The notes under the pieces were generated by a model. It searched no databases. It saw only the letters and a list, made by a program, of their open reading frames with translations, and was not told the DNA's origin. This document shows, one piece after another, positions 24,801 to 39,900 of a stretch of DNA of 64,000 bases (the first letter of the stretch is position 1; each line of letters starts with the position of its first letter). The position numbers and the translations under genes were made by a program. Origin of the DNA: Antedon mediterranea (lineage: Eukaryota; Animalia; Echinodermata). The stretch spans positions 20,792,101 to 20,856,100 of the forward strand of contig NC_092677.1 of NCBI RefSeq assembly GCF_964355755.1, given 5' to 3'.

Positions 24801-27231
24801 AGAGCTTCAAATCGCATTTGGAGACGTTTTAGACCCTTTTGTGCATTTCGATGAAACTTGGTTACACAAAAACATCAAAGTGCTTAAAATCACATTAGAA
24901 ACCGTTTTAGACCATTTTGAGCATTTCGTTAAAACTTTTCACACAAAAACATCAAAGTCCACAAAATAGCTTAATATCGTTTTCAAAAACGTTTTAGACC
25001 ATTTTGAGCATTTCGAAAAAACTTTTTCACACAAAACATCAAAGTTTACAAAATAGCTTCAAATCGCATTTGGAGACGTTTTAGACCATTTTGTGATTTT
25101 CGAAAAAACTTGTTAACATAAAAACACCAAAGTGCTCAGAATACCTTCAAATCGTATTTTGAGACGTTTTAGACAATTTTGTGATTTTCGAAAAAACTTG
25201 TTAACATAAAAACACCAAAGTGCTTAGAAAAGCTTCAAATCGCATTTGGAGACGTTTTAGACCATTTTGTGCATTTCGATGAAACTTGGTTACACAAAAA
25301 CATCAAAGTGTTTAAAATCACATTTTGAGCATTTCGTTAAAACTTTTCACACAAAAACATCAAAGAGCAAAAAATAGCTTAATATCGTATTTAAAAACGT
25401 TTTAGACCATTTTGAGCATTTCGACAAAACTTTTTCACACAAAACATCAAAGTGTACAAAATAGCTTCAAATCGCATTTGGAGACGTTTTAGACCATTTT
25501 GTGATTTTCGAAAAAACAACATAAAAACACCAAAGTGCTCAGAATACCTTCAAATCGCATTTGGAGACGTTTTAGACCATTTTGTGATTTTGGAAAAAAC
25601 TTGTTAACATAAAAACACCAAAGTGCTCAGAATACCTTCAAATCGTATTTTGAGACGTTTTAGACAATTTTGTGATTTTCGAAAAAACTTGTTAACATAA
25701 AAACACCAAAGTGCTTAGAAAAGCTTCAAATCGCATTTGGAGACGTTTTAGACCATTTTGTGCATTTTGATGAAACTTGGTTACACAAAAACATCAAAGT
25801 GTACAGAATAGCTTCAAATCGCATTAGAAACCGTTTTAGACCATTTTGAGCATTTCGAAAAAACTTTTTCACACAAAACATCAAAGTGTACAAAATAGCT
25901 TCAAATCGCATTTGGAGACGTTTTAGACAATTTTGTGATTTTCGAAAAAACTTGTTTACATAAAAACACCAAAGTGCTCAGAATAGCTTCCAATCGCATT
26001 TGGAGACGTTTTAGACCCTTTTGTGCATTTCGATGAAACTTGGTTACACAAAAACATCAAAGTGCTTAAAATCACAGTAGAAACCGTTTTAGACCATTTT
26101 GAGCATTTTGTTAAAATTTTTCACAGAAAAACATCAAAGAGCAAAAAATAGCTTAATATCGTATTTAAAAACGTTTTAGACCATTTTGAGCATTTCGACA
26201 AAACTTTTTCACACAAAACATCAAAGTGTACAGATAAGCTTCAAATCGCATTTGGAGACGTTTTAAACCATTTTGAGCATTTCGATAAAATTTTACACAC
26301 AAAAACATCAAAGTGCACAAAATAGCTTAATATGGTATTTAAAAACGTTTTAGACCATTTTGAGCATTTCAACAAAACTTTTTCTCACAAAACATCAAAG
26401 TGTACAGAATAGCTTCAAATCGCATTTGGAGACGTTTTAGACCATTTTGTGCATTTCGATGAAACTTGGTTACACAAAAACATCAAAGTGCTTAAAATCA
26501 CATTTTGAGCATTTCGTTAAAACTTTTCACACAAAAACATCAAAGTCCACAAAATAGCTTAATATCGTATTTAAAAACGTTTTAGACCATTTTGAGCATT
26601 TCGAAAAAACTTTTTCACACAAAACATCAAAGTTTACAAAATAGCTTCAAATCGCATTTGGAGACGTTTTAGACCATTTTGTGATTTTCGAAAAAACTTG
26701 TTAACATAAAAACACCAAAGTGCTCAGAATACCTTCAAATCGCATTTGGAGACGTTTTAGACCATTTTGTGATTTTCGAAAAAACTTGTTAACATAAAAA
26801 CACCAAAGTGCTTAGAAAAGCTTCAAATCGCATTTGGAGACGTTTTAGACCATTTTGTGCATTTCGATGAAACTTGGTTACACAAAAACATCAAAGTGTT
26901 TAAAATCACATTTTGAGCATTTCGTTAAAACTTTTCACACAAAAACATCAAAGAGCAAAAAATAGCTTAATATCGTATTTAAAAACGTTTTAGACCATTT
27001 TGAGCATTTCGACAAAACTTTTTCACACAAAACATCAAAGTGTACAAAATAGCTTCAAATCGCATTTGGAGACGTTTTAGACCATTTTGTGATTTTCGAA
27101 AAAACAACATAAAAACACCAAAGTGCTCAGAATACCTTCAAATCGCATTTGGAGACGTTTTAGACCATTTTGTGATTTTGGAAAAAACTTGTTAACATAA
27201 AAACACCAAAGTGCTCAGAATACCTTCAAAT
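21535..27231. repeat. Head-to-tail tandem duplication of a 2836-bp higher-order unit
   Basis: Shared variants ATCGTTTTCAAAAA, GTGTTTAAAATC, GCATTTTGATG and GCATTTTGTTAAA occur at a 2836 offset. ORF-track copies lie at 22890 and 25726. Confidence 0.88.
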
Positions 27232-29444
27232 CGTATTTTGAGACGTTTTAGACAATTTTGTGATTTTCGAAAAAACTTGTTAACATAAAAACACCAAAGT
27301 GCTTAGAAAAGCTTCAAATCGCATTTGGAGACGTTTTAGACCATTTTGTGATTTTCGAAAAAACTTGTTAACATAAAAACACCAAAGTGCTCAGAATACC
27401 TTCAAATCGTATTTTGAGACGTTTTAGACAATTTTGTGATTTTCGAAAAAACTTGTTAACATAAAAACACCAAAGTGCTTAGAAAAGCTTCAAATCGCAT
27501 TTGGAGACGTTTTAGACCATTTTGTGCATTTCGATGAAACTTGGTTACACAAAAACATCAAAGTGCTTAAAATCACATTTTGAGCATTTCGTTAAAACTT
27601 TTCACACAAAAACATCAAAGAGCAAAAAATAGCTTAATATCGTATTTAAAAACGTTTTAGACCATTTTGAGCATTTCGACAAAACTTTTTCACACAAAAC
27701 ATCAAAGTGTACAAAATAGCTTCAAATCGCATTTGGAGACGTTTTAGACAATTTTGTGATTTTCGAAAAAACTTGTTTACATAAAAACACCAAAGTGCTA
27801 AGAATAGCTTCCAATCGCATTTGGAGACGTTTTAGACCCTTTTGTGCATTTCGATGAAACTTGGTTACACAAAAACATCAAAGTGCTTAAAATCACATTA
27901 GAAACCGTTTTAGAACATTTTGAGCATTTCGTTAAAATTTTTCACAGAAAAACATCAAAGAGCAAAAAATAGCTTAATATCGTATTGAAAAACGTTTTAG
28001 ACCATTTTGAGCATTTCGACAAAACTTTTTCACACAAAACAACAAAGTGTACAGAATAGCTTCAAATCGCATTTGGAGACGTTTTAACCCATTTTGAGCA
28101 TTTCGATAAAATTTTACACACAAAAACATCAAAGTGCACAAAATAGCTTAATATGGTATTTAAAAACGTTTTAGACCATTTTGAGCATTTCAACAAAACT
28201 TTTTCTCACAAAACATCAAAGTGTACAGAATAGCTTCAAATCGCATTTGGAGACGTTTTAGACCATTTTGTGCATTTCGATGAAACTTGGTTACACAAAA
28301 ACATCAAAGTGCTTAAAATCACATTTTGAGCATTTCGTTAAAACTCTTCACACAAAAACATCAAAGTCCACAAAATAGCTTAATATCGTATTTAAAAACG
28401 TTTTAGACCATTTTGAGCATTTCAAAAAAACTTTTCCACACAAAACATCAAAGTTTACAAAATAGCTTCAAATCGCATTTGGAGACGTTTTAGACCATTT
28501 GGTGATTTTCGAAAAAACTTGTTAACATAAAAACACCAAAGTGCTCAGAATACCTTCAAATCGCATTTTGAGACGTTTTAGACCATTTTGTGATTTTCGA
28601 AAAAACTTGTTAACATAAAAACACCAAAGTGCTCAGAATACCTTCAAATCGTGTTTTGAGACGTTTTAGACCATTTTGTGATTTTCGAAAAAACTTGTTA
28701 ACATAAAAACACCAAAGTGCTCAGAATACCTTCAAATCGCATTTTGAGACGTTTTAGACCATTTTGTGATTTTCGAAAAAACTTGTTAACATAAAAACAC
28801 CAAAGTGCTCAGAATACCTTCAAATCGTGTTTTGAGACGTTTTAGACCATTTTGTGATTTTCGAAAAAACTTGTTAACATAAAAACACCAAAGTGCTTAG
28901 AAAAGCTTCAAATCGCATTTGGAGACGTTTTAGACCATTTTGTTCATTTCGATGAAACTTGGTTACACAAAAACATCAAAGAGCACAAAAGATCTTAATA
29001 TCGTATTTAAAAACGTTTTAGACCATTTTGAGCATTTCGAAAAAACTTTTTCACACAAAACATCAAAGTGTACAAAATAGCTTCAAATCGCATTTTGAGA
29101 CGTTTTAGACAATTTTGTGATTTTCGAAAAAACTTGTTTACATAAAAACACCAAAGTGCTTAGAAAAGCTTCAAATCGCATTTGGAGACGTTTTAAACCA
29201 TTTTGTTCATTTCGATGAAACTTGGTTACACAAAAACATCAAAGAGCACAAAAGTATTTAAAAACGTTTTAGACCATTTTGAGCATTCCGTCAAAACTTT
29301 TTCACACAAAACATCAAAGTGTACAGAATAGCTTTAAATCGCATTTGGAGACGTTTTAGACCATTTTGTAGTTTTCGAAAAAACTTGTTAACATAAAAAC
29401 ACAAAAGAGCTTCAAATCGCATTTGGAGACGTTTTAGACCCTTT

Positions 29445-32400
29445 TGTGCATTTCGATGAAACTTGGTTACACAAAAACATCAAAGTGCTTAAAATCACAT
29501 TTTGAGCATTTCGTTAAAACTTTTCACACAAAAACATCAAAGAGTAAAAAATAGCTTAATATCGTATTTAAAAACGTTTTAGACCATTTTGAGCATTTCG
29601 ACAAAATTTTTTCACACAAAACATCAAAGTGTACAGAATAGCTTTAAATCGCATTTGGAGACGTTTTAGACCATTTTGTTAATTTCGATGAAACAAAAAC
29701 ACAAAAACATCAAATTGCACAAAATGGCTTAATATGATATGGGAAAACGTTTTAGACCATTTTGAACATTTCGTTAAAAGTTTTCACACAAAAACATCAA
29801 AGTCCACAAAATAGCTTAATATCGTATTTAAAAACGTTTTAGACCATTTTGAGCATTTCGAAAAAACTTTTTCACACAAAACATCAAAGTTTACAAAATA
29901 GCTTCAAATCGCATTTGGAGACGTTTTAGACCATTTTGTGATTTTCGAAAAAACTTGTTAACATAAAAACACCAAAGTGCTCAGAAAAGCTTCAAATCGC
30001 ATTTGGAGACGTTTTAAACCATTTTGTTCATTTCGATGAAACTTGGTTACACAAAAACATCAAAGAGCACAAAAGTATTTAAAAACGTTTTAGACCATTT
30101 TGAGCATTCCGACAAAACTTTTTCACACAAAACATCAAAGTGTACAGAATAGCTTTAAATCGCATTTGGAGACGTTTTAACCCATTTTGAGCATTTCGAT
30201 AAAATTTTACAAACAAAAACATCAAAGTGCACAAAATAGCTTAATATGGTATTTAAAAACGTTTTAGACCATTTTGAGCATTTCAACAAAACTTTTTCTC
30301 ACAAAACATCAAAGTGTACAGAATAGCTTCAAATCGCATTTGGAGACGTTTTAGACCATTTTGTGCATTTCGATGAAACTTGGTTACACAAAAACATCAA
30401 AGTGCTTAAAATCACATTTTGAGCATTTCGTTAAAACTTTTCACACAAAAACATCAAAGTCCACAAAATAGCTTAATATCGTATTTAAAAACGTTTTAGA
30501 CCATTTTGAGCATTTCGAAAAAACTTTTCCACACAAAACATCAAAGTTTACAAAATAGCTTCAAATCGCATTTGGAGACGTTTTAGACCATTTTGTGATT
30601 TTCGTAAAAACTTGTTAACATAAAAACACCAAAGTGCTTAGAAAAGCTTCAAATCGCATTTGGAGACGTTTTAGACCATTTTGTGCATTTCGATGAAACT
30701 TGGTTACACAAAAACATCAAAGTGCTTAAAATCACATTTTGAACATTTCGTTAAAAGTTTTCACACAAAAACATCAAAGAGTAAAAAATAGCTTAATATC
30801 GTATTTAAAAACGTTTTAGACCATTTTGAGCATTTCGAAAAAACTTTTCCACACAAAACATCAAAGTTTACAAAATAGCTTCAAATCGCATTTGGAGACG
30901 TTTTAGACCATTTTGTGATTTTCGAAAAAACTTGTTAACATAAAAACACCAAAGTGCTCAGAATACCTTCAAATCGCATTTGGAGACGTTTTAGACCATT
31001 TTGTGATTTTCGAAAAAACTTGTTAACATAAAAACACCAAAGTGCTCAGAAAAGCTTCAAATCGCATTTGGAGACGTTTTAAACCATTTTGTTCATTTCG
31101 ATGAAACTTGGTTACACAAAAACATCAAAGAGCACAAAAGTATTTAAAAACGTTTTAGACCATTTTGAGCATTCCGACAAAACTTTTTCACACAAAACAT
31201 CAAAGTGTACAGAATAGCTTTAAATCGCATTTGGAGACGTTTTAGACCATTTTGTAGTTTTCGAAAAAACTTGTTAACATAAAAACACAAAAGAGCTTCA
31301 AATCGCATTTGGAGACGTTTTAGACCCTTTTGTGCATTTCGATGAAACTTGGTTACACAAAAACATCAAAGTGCTTAAAATCACATTAGAAACCGTTTTA
31401 GACCATTTTGAGAATTTCGTTAAAACTTTTCACACAAAAACATCAAAGTCCACAAAATAGCTTAATATCGTATTTAAAAACGTTTTAGACAATTTTGAGC
31501 ATTTCGAAAAAACTTTTTCACACAAAACATCAAAGTTTACAAAATAGCTTCAAATCGCATTTGGAGACGTTTTAGACCATTTTGTGATTTTCGAAAAAAC
31601 TTGTTAACATAAAAACACCAAAGTGCTCAGAATACCTTCAAATCGCATTTTGAGACGTTTTAGACCATTTTGTTCATTTCGATGAAACAAAAACACAAAA
31701 ACATCAAATTGCACAAAATGGCTTAATATGATATGGGAAAACGTTTTAGACCATTTTGAACATTTCGTTAAAAGTTTTCACACAAAAACATCAAAGTCCA
31801 CAAAATAGCTTAATATCGTATTTAAAAACGTTTTAGACCATTTTGAGCATTTCGAAAAAACTTTTCCACACAAAACATCAAAGTTTACAAAATAGCTTCA
31901 AATCGCATTTGGAGACGTTTTAGACCATTTTGTGATTTTCGAAAAAACTTGTTAACATAAAAACACAAAAGTGCTCAGAATACCTTCAAATCGCATTTGG
32001 AGACGTTTTAGACCATTTTGTAGTTTTCGAAAAAACTTGTTAACATAAAAACACCAAAGAGCTTCAAATCGCATTTGGAGACGTTTTAGACCCTTTTGTG
32101 CATTTCGATGAAACTTGGTTACACAAAAACATCAAAGTGCTTAAAATCACATTAGAAACCGTTTTAGACCATTTTGAGCATTTCGTTAAAACTTTTCACA
32201 CAAAAACATCAAAGTCCACAAAATAGCTTAATATCGTATTTAAAAACGTTTTAGACCATTTTGAGCATTTCGAAAAAACTTTTTCACACAAAACATCAAA
32301 GTTTACAAAATAGCTTCAAATCGCATTTGGAGACGTTTTAGACCATTTTGTGATTTTCGAAAAAACTTGTTAACATAAAAACACCAAAGTGCTCAGAATA

Positions 32401-35400
32401 CCTTCAAATCGCATTTTGAGACGTTTTAGACCATTTTGTGATTTTCGAAAAAACAACATAAAAACACCAAAGTGCTCAGAATACCTTCAAATCGCATTTG
32501 GAGACGTTTTAGACCATTTTGTGATTTTCGAAAAAACTTGTTAACATAAAAACACCAAAGTGCTCAGAATACCTTCAAATCGTATTTTGAGACGTTTTAG
32601 ACAATTTTGTGATTTTCGAGAAAACTTGTTAACATAAAAACACCAAAGTGCTTAGAAAAGCTTCAAATCGCATTTGGAGACGTTTTAGACCATTTTGTGC
32701 ATTTCGATGAAACTTGGTTACACAAAAACATCAAAGTGTACAGAATAGCTTCAAATCGCATTAGAAACCGTTTTAGACCATTTTGAGCATTTCGAAAAAA
32801 CTTTTTCACACCAAACATCAAAGTGTACAAAATAGCTTCAAATCGCATTTGGAGACGTTTTAGACAATTTTGTGATTTTCGAAAAAACTTGTTTACATAA
32901 AAACACGAAAGTGCTAAGAATAGCTTCCAATCGCATTTGGAGACGTTTTAGACCCTTTTGTGCATTTCGATGAAACTTGGTTACACAAAAACATCAAAGT
33001 GCTTAAAATCACATTAGAAACCGTTTTAGACCATTTTGAGCATTTCGTTAAAATTTTTCACAGAAAAACATCAAAGAGCAAAAAATAGCTTAATATCGTA
33101 TTTAAAAACGTTTTAGACCATTTTGAGCATTTCGACAAAACTTTTTCACACAAAATATCAAAGTGTACAGAATAGCTTCAAATCGCATTTTGAGACGCTT
33201 TAACCCATTTTGAGCATTTCGATAAAATTTTACACACAAAAACATCAAAGTGCACAAAATAGCTTAATATGGTATTTAAAAACGTTTTAGACCATTTTGA
33301 GCAATTCAACAAAACTTTTTCTCACAAAACATCAAAGTGTACAGAATAGCTTCAAATCGCATTTGGAGACGTTTTAGACCATTTTGTGCATTTCGATGAA
33401 ACTTGGTTACACAAAAACATCAAAGTGCTTAAAATCACATTTTGAGCATTTCGTTAAAACTTTTCACACAAAAACATCAAAGTCCACAAAATAGCTTAAT
33501 ATCGTATTTAAAAACGTTTTAGACCATTTTGAGCATTTCGAAAAAACTTTTCCACACCAAACATCAAAGTTTACAAAATAGCTTCAAATCGCATTTGGAG
33601 ACGTTTTAGACCATTTTGTGATTTTCGAAAAAACTTGTTAACATAAAAACACCAAAGTGCTCAGAATACCTTCAAATCGCATTTGGAGACGTTTTAGACC
33701 CTTTTGTGCATTTCGATGAAACTTGGTTACACAAAAACATCAAAGTGCTTAAAATCACATTAGAAACTGTTTTAGACCATTTTGAGCATTTCGTTAAAAT
33801 TTGTCACAGAAAAACATCAAAGAGCAAAAAATATCTTAATATCGTATTTAAAAACGTTTTAGACCATTTTGAGCATTTCGACAAAACTTTTTCACACAAA
33901 ACATCAAAGTGTACAAAATAGCTTCAAATCGCATTTGGAGACGTTTTAACCCATTTTGAGCATTTCGATAAAATTTTACACACAAAAACATCAAAGTGCA
34001 CAAAATAGCTTAATATGGTATTTAAAAACGTTTTAGACCATTTTGAGCATTTCAACAAAACTTTTTCTCACAAAACATCAAAGTGTACAGAATAGCTTCA
34101 AATCGCATTTGGAGACGTTTTAGACTTTTTTGTGCATTTCGATGAAACTTGGTTACACAAAAACATCAAAGTGCTTAAAATCACATTTTGAGCATTTCGT
34201 TAAAACTTTTCACACAAAAACATCAAAGTCCACAAAATAGCTTAATATCGTATTTAAAAACGTTTTAGACCATTTTGAGCATTTCGAAAAAACTTTTCCA
34301 CACAAAACATCAAAGTTTACAAAATAGCTTCAAATCGCATTTGGAGACGTTTTAGACCATTTTGTGATTTTCGAAAAAACTTGATAACATAAAAACACCA
34401 AAGTGCTCAGAATACCTTCAAATCGTGTTTTGAGACGTTTTAGACCATTTTGTAATTTTCGAAAAAACTTGTTAACATAAAAACACCAAAGTGCTCAGAA
34501 TACCTTCACATCGCATTTTGAGACGTTTTAGACCATTTTGTGATTTTCGAAAAAACTTGTTAACATAAAAACACCAAAGTGCTTAGAAAAGCTTGAAATC
34601 GCATTTGGAGACGTTTTAGACCATTTTGTGCATTTCGATGAAACTTGGTTACACAAAAACATCAAAGTGCTTAAAATCACATTTTGAGCATTTCGTTAAA
34701 ACTTTTCACACAAAAACATCAAAGAGTAAAAAATAGCTTAATATCGTATTTAAAAACGTTTTAGACCATTTTGAGCATTTCGACAAAATTTTTTCACACA
34801 AAACATCAAAGTGTACAGAATAGCTTTAAATCGCATTTGGAGACGTTTTAGACCATTTTGTTAATTTCGATGAAACAAAAACACAAAAACATCAAATTGC
34901 ACAAAATGGCTTAATATGATATGGGAAAACGTTTTAGACCATTTTGAACATTTCGTTAAAAGTTTTCACACAAAAACATCAAAGTCCACAAAATAGCTTA
35001 ATATCGTATTTAAAAACGTTTTAGACCATTTTGAGCATTTCGAAAAAACTTTTTCACACAAAACATCAAAGTTTACAAAATAGCTTCAAATCGCATTTGG
35101 AGACGTTTTAGACCATTTTGTGATTTTCGAAAAAACTTGTTAACATAAAAACACCAAAGTGCTCAGAAAAGCTTCAAATCGCATTTGGAGACGTTTTAAA
35201 CCATTTTGTTCATTTCGATGAAACTTGGTTACACAAAAACATCAAAGAGCACAAAAGTATTTAAAAACGTTTTAGACCATTTTGAGCATTCCGACAAAAC
35301 TTTTTCACACAAAACATCAAAGTGTACAGAATAGCTTTAAATCGCATTTGGAGACGTTTTAACCCATTTTGAGCATTTCGATAAAATTTTACAAACAAAA

Positions 35401-38400
35401 ACATCAAAGTGCACAAAATAGCTTAATATGGTATTTAAAAACGTTTTAGACCATTTTGAGCATTTCAACAAAACTTTTTCTCACAAAACATCAAAGTGTA
35501 CAGAATAGCTTCAAATCGCATTTGGAGACGTTTTAGACCATTTTGTGCATTTCGATGAAACTTGGTTACACAAAAACATCAAAGTGCTTAAAATCACATT
35601 TTGTGCATTTCGATGAAACTTGGTTACACAAAAACATCAAAGTCCACAAAATAGCTTAATATCGTATTTAAAAACGTTTTAGACCATTTTGAGCATTTCG
35701 AAAAAACTTTTCCACACAAAACATCAAAGTTTACAAAATAGCTTCAAATCGCATTTGGAGACGTTTTAGACCATTTTGTGATTTTCGTAAAAACTTGTTA
35801 ACATAAAAACACCAAAGTGCTTAGAAAAGCTTCAAATCGCATTTGGAGACGTTTTAGACCATTTTGTGCATTTCGATGAAACTTGGTTACACAAAAACAT
35901 CAAAGTGCTTAAAATCACATTTTGAACATTTCGTTAAAAGTTTTCACACAAAAACATCAAAGAGTAAAAAATAGCTTAATATCGTATTTAAAAACGTTTT
36001 AGACCATTTTGAGCATTTCGAAAAAACTTTTCCACACAAAACATCAAAGTTTACAAAATAGCTTCAAATCGCATTTGGAGACGTTTTAGACCATTTTGTG
36101 ATTTTCGAAAAAACTTGTTAACATAAAAACACCAAAGTGCTCAGAATACCTTCAAATCGCATTTGGAGACGTTTTAGACCATTTTGTGATTTTCGAAAAA
36201 ACTTGTTAACATAAAAACACCAAAGTGCTCAGAAAAGCTTCAAATCGCATTTGGAGACGTTTTAAACCATTTTGTTCATTTCGATGAAACTTGGTTACAC
36301 AAAAACATCAAAGAGCACAAAAGTATTTAAAAACGTTTTAGACCATTTTGAGCATTCCGACAAAACTTTTTCACACAAAACATCAAAGTGTACAGAATAG
36401 CTTTAAATCGCATTTGGAGACGTTTTAGACCATTTTGTAGTTTTCGAAAAAACTTGTTAACATAAAAACACAAAAGAGCTTCAAATCGCATTTGGAGACG
36501 TTTTAGACCCTTTTGTGCATTTCGATGAAACTTGGTTACACAAAAACATCAAAGTGCTTAAAATCACATTAGAAACCGTTTTAGACCATTTTGAGCATTT
36601 CGTTAAAACTTTTCACACAAAAACATCAAAGTCCACAAAATAGCTTAATATCGTATTTGAAAACGTTTTAGACAATTTTGAGCATTTCGAAAAAACTTTT
36701 TAACACAAAACATCAAAGTTTACAAAATAGCTTCAAATCGCATTTGGAGACGTTTTAGACCATTTTGTGATTTTCGAAAAAACTTGTTAACATAAAAACA
36801 CCAAAGTGCTCAGAATACCTTCAAATCGCATTTTGAGACGTTTTAGACCATTTTGTTCATTTCGACGAAACAAAAACACAAAAACATCAAATTGCACAAA
36901 ATGGCTTAATATGATATGGGAAAACGTTTTAGACCATTTTGAACATTTCGTTAAAAGTTTTCACACAAAAACATCAAAGTCCACAAAATAGCTTAATATC
37001 GTATTTAAAAACGTTTTAGACCATTTTGAGCATTTCGAAAAAACTTTTCCACACAAAACATCAAAGTTTACAAAATAGCTTCAAATCGCATTTGGAGACG
37101 TTTTAGACGATTTTGTGATTTTCGAAAAAACTTGTTAACATAAAAACACAAAAGTGCTCAGAATACCTTCAAATCGCATTTGGAGACGTTTTAGACCATT
37201 TTGTAGTTTTCGAAAAAACTTGTTAACATAAAAACACCAAAGAGCTTCAAATCGCATTTGGAGACGTTTTAGACCCTTTTGTGCATTTCGATGAAACTTG
37301 GTAACACAAAAACATCAAAGTGCTTAAAATCACATTAGAAACCGTTTTAGACCATTTTGAGCATTTCGTTAAAACTTTTCACACAAAAACATCAAAGTCC
37401 ACAAAATAGCTTAATATCGTATTTAAAAACGTTTTAGACCATTTTGAGCATTTCGAAAAAACTTTTTCACACAAAACATCAAAGTTTACAAAATAGCTTC
37501 AAATCGCATTTGAAGACGTTTTAGACCATTTTGTGATTTTCGAAAAAACTTGTTAACATAAAAACACCAAAGTGCTCAGAATACCTTCAAATCGCATTTT
37601 GAGACGTTTTAGACCATTTTGTGATTTTCGAAAAAACAACATAAAAACACCAAAGTGCTCAGAATACCTTCAAATCGCATTTGGAGACGTTTTAGACCAT
37701 TTTGTGATTTTCGAAAAAACTTGTTAACATAAAAACACCAAAGTTCTCAGAATACCTTCAAATCGTATTTTGAGACGTTTTAGACAACTTTGTGATTTTC
37801 GAAAAAACTTGTTAACATAAAAACACCAAAGTGCTTAGAAAAGCTTCAAATCGCATTTGGAGACGTTTTAGACCATTTTGTGCATTTCGATGAAACTTGG
37901 TTACACAAAAACATCAAAGTGTACAGAATAGCTTCAAATCGCATTAGAAACCGTTTTAGACCATTTTGAGCATTTCGAAAAAACTTTTTCACACCAAACA
38001 TCAAAGTGTACAAAATAGCTTCAAATCGCATTTGAAGACGTTTTAGACAATTTTGTGATTTTCGAAAAAACTTGTTTACATAAAAACACGAAAGTGCTAA
38101 GAATAGCTTCCAATCGCATTTGGAGACGTTTTAGACCCTTTTGTGCATTTCGATGAAACTTGGTTACACAAAAACATCAAAGTGCTTAAAATCACATTTT
38201 GAGCATTTCGTTAAAACTTTTCACACAAAAACATCAAAGAGTAAAAAATAGCTTAATATCGTATTTAAAAACGTTTTAGACCATTTTGAGCATTTCGACA
38301 AAATTTTTTCACACAAAACATCAAAGTGCACAAAATAGCTTAATATGGTATTTAAAAACGTTTTAGACCATTTTGAGCAATTCAACAAAACTTTTTCTCA

Positions 38401-39900
38401 CAAAACATCAAAGTGTACAGAATAGCTTCAAATCGCATTTGGAGACGTTTTAGACCATTTTGTGCATTTCGATGAAACTTGGTTAAACAAAAACATCAAA
38501 GTGCTTAAAATCACATTTTGAGCATTTCGTTAAAACTTTTCACACAAAAACATCAAAGTCCACAAAATAGCTTAATATCGTATTTAAAAACGTTTTAGAC
38601 CATTTTGAGCATTTCGAAAAAACTTTTCCACACCAAACATCAAAGTTTACAAAATAGCTTCAAATCGCATTTGGAGACGTTTTAGACCATTTTGTGATTT
38701 TCGAAAAAACTTGTTAACATAAAAACACCAAAGTGCTCAGAATACCTTCAAATCGCATTTGGAGACGTTTTAGACCCTTTTGTGCATTTCGATGAAACTT
38801 GGTTACACAAAAACATCAAAGTGCTTAAAATCACATTAGAAACCGTTTTAGACCATTTTGAGCATTTCGTTAAAATTTGTCACAGAAAAACATCAAAGAG
38901 CAAAAAATATCTTAATATCGTATTTAAAAACGTTTTAGACCATTTTGCGCATTTCGACAAAACTTTTTCACACAAAACATCAAAGTGTACAAAATAGCTT
39001 CAAATCGCATTTGGAGACGTTTTAACCCATTTTGAGCATTTCGATAAAATTTTACACACAAAAACATCAAAGTGCACAAAATAGCTTAATATGGTATTTA
39101 AAAACGTTTTAGACCATTTTGAGCATTTCAACAAAACTTTTTCTCACAAAACATCAAAGTGTACAGAATAGCTTCAAATCGCATTTGGAGACGTTTTAGA
39201 CTTTTTTGTGCATTTCGATGAAACTTGGTTACACAAAAACATCAAAGTGCTTAAAATCACATTTTGAGCATTTCGTTAAAACTTTTCACACAAAAACATC
39301 AAAGTCCACAAAATAGCTTAATATCGTATTTAAAAACGTTTTAGACCATTTTGAGCATTTCGAAAAAACTTTTCCACACAAAACATCAAAGTTTACAAAA
39401 TAGCTTCAAATCGCATTTGGAGACGTTTTAGACCATTTTGTGATTTTCGAAAAAACTTGATAACATAAAAACACCAAAGTGCTCAGAATACCTTCAAATC
39501 GTGTTTTGAGACGTTTTAGACCATTTTGTAATTTTCGAAAAAACTTGTTAACATAAAAACACCAAAGTGCTCAGAATACCTTCACATCGCATTTTGAGAC
39601 GTTTTAGACCATTTTGTGATTTTCGAAAAAACTTGTTAACATAAAAACACCAAAGTGCTTAGAAAAGCTTGAAATCGCATTTGGAGACGTTTTAGACCAT
39701 TTTGTGCATTTCGATGAAACTTGGTTACACAAAAACATCAAAGTGCTTAAAATCACATTTTGAGCATTTCGTTAAAACTTTTCACACAAAAACATCAAAG
39801 AGTAAAAAATAGCTTAATATCGTATTTAAAAACGTTTTAGACCATTTTGAGCATTTCGACAAAATTTTTTCACACAAAACATCAAAGTGTACAGAATAGC
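29445..39900. repeat. Tandem duplication of a roughly 5.1-5.2 kb higher-order unit (offset 5182-5183, later 5076)
   Basis: TTCGTAAAAA at 30605/35788. ORF-track copies at 32663/37846 (5183) and 33706/38782 (5076). Shared CACCAAAC, AACACGAAAG, GCAATTCAAC, TTTGTCACAG and CTTGATAAC variants. Confidence 0.85.
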
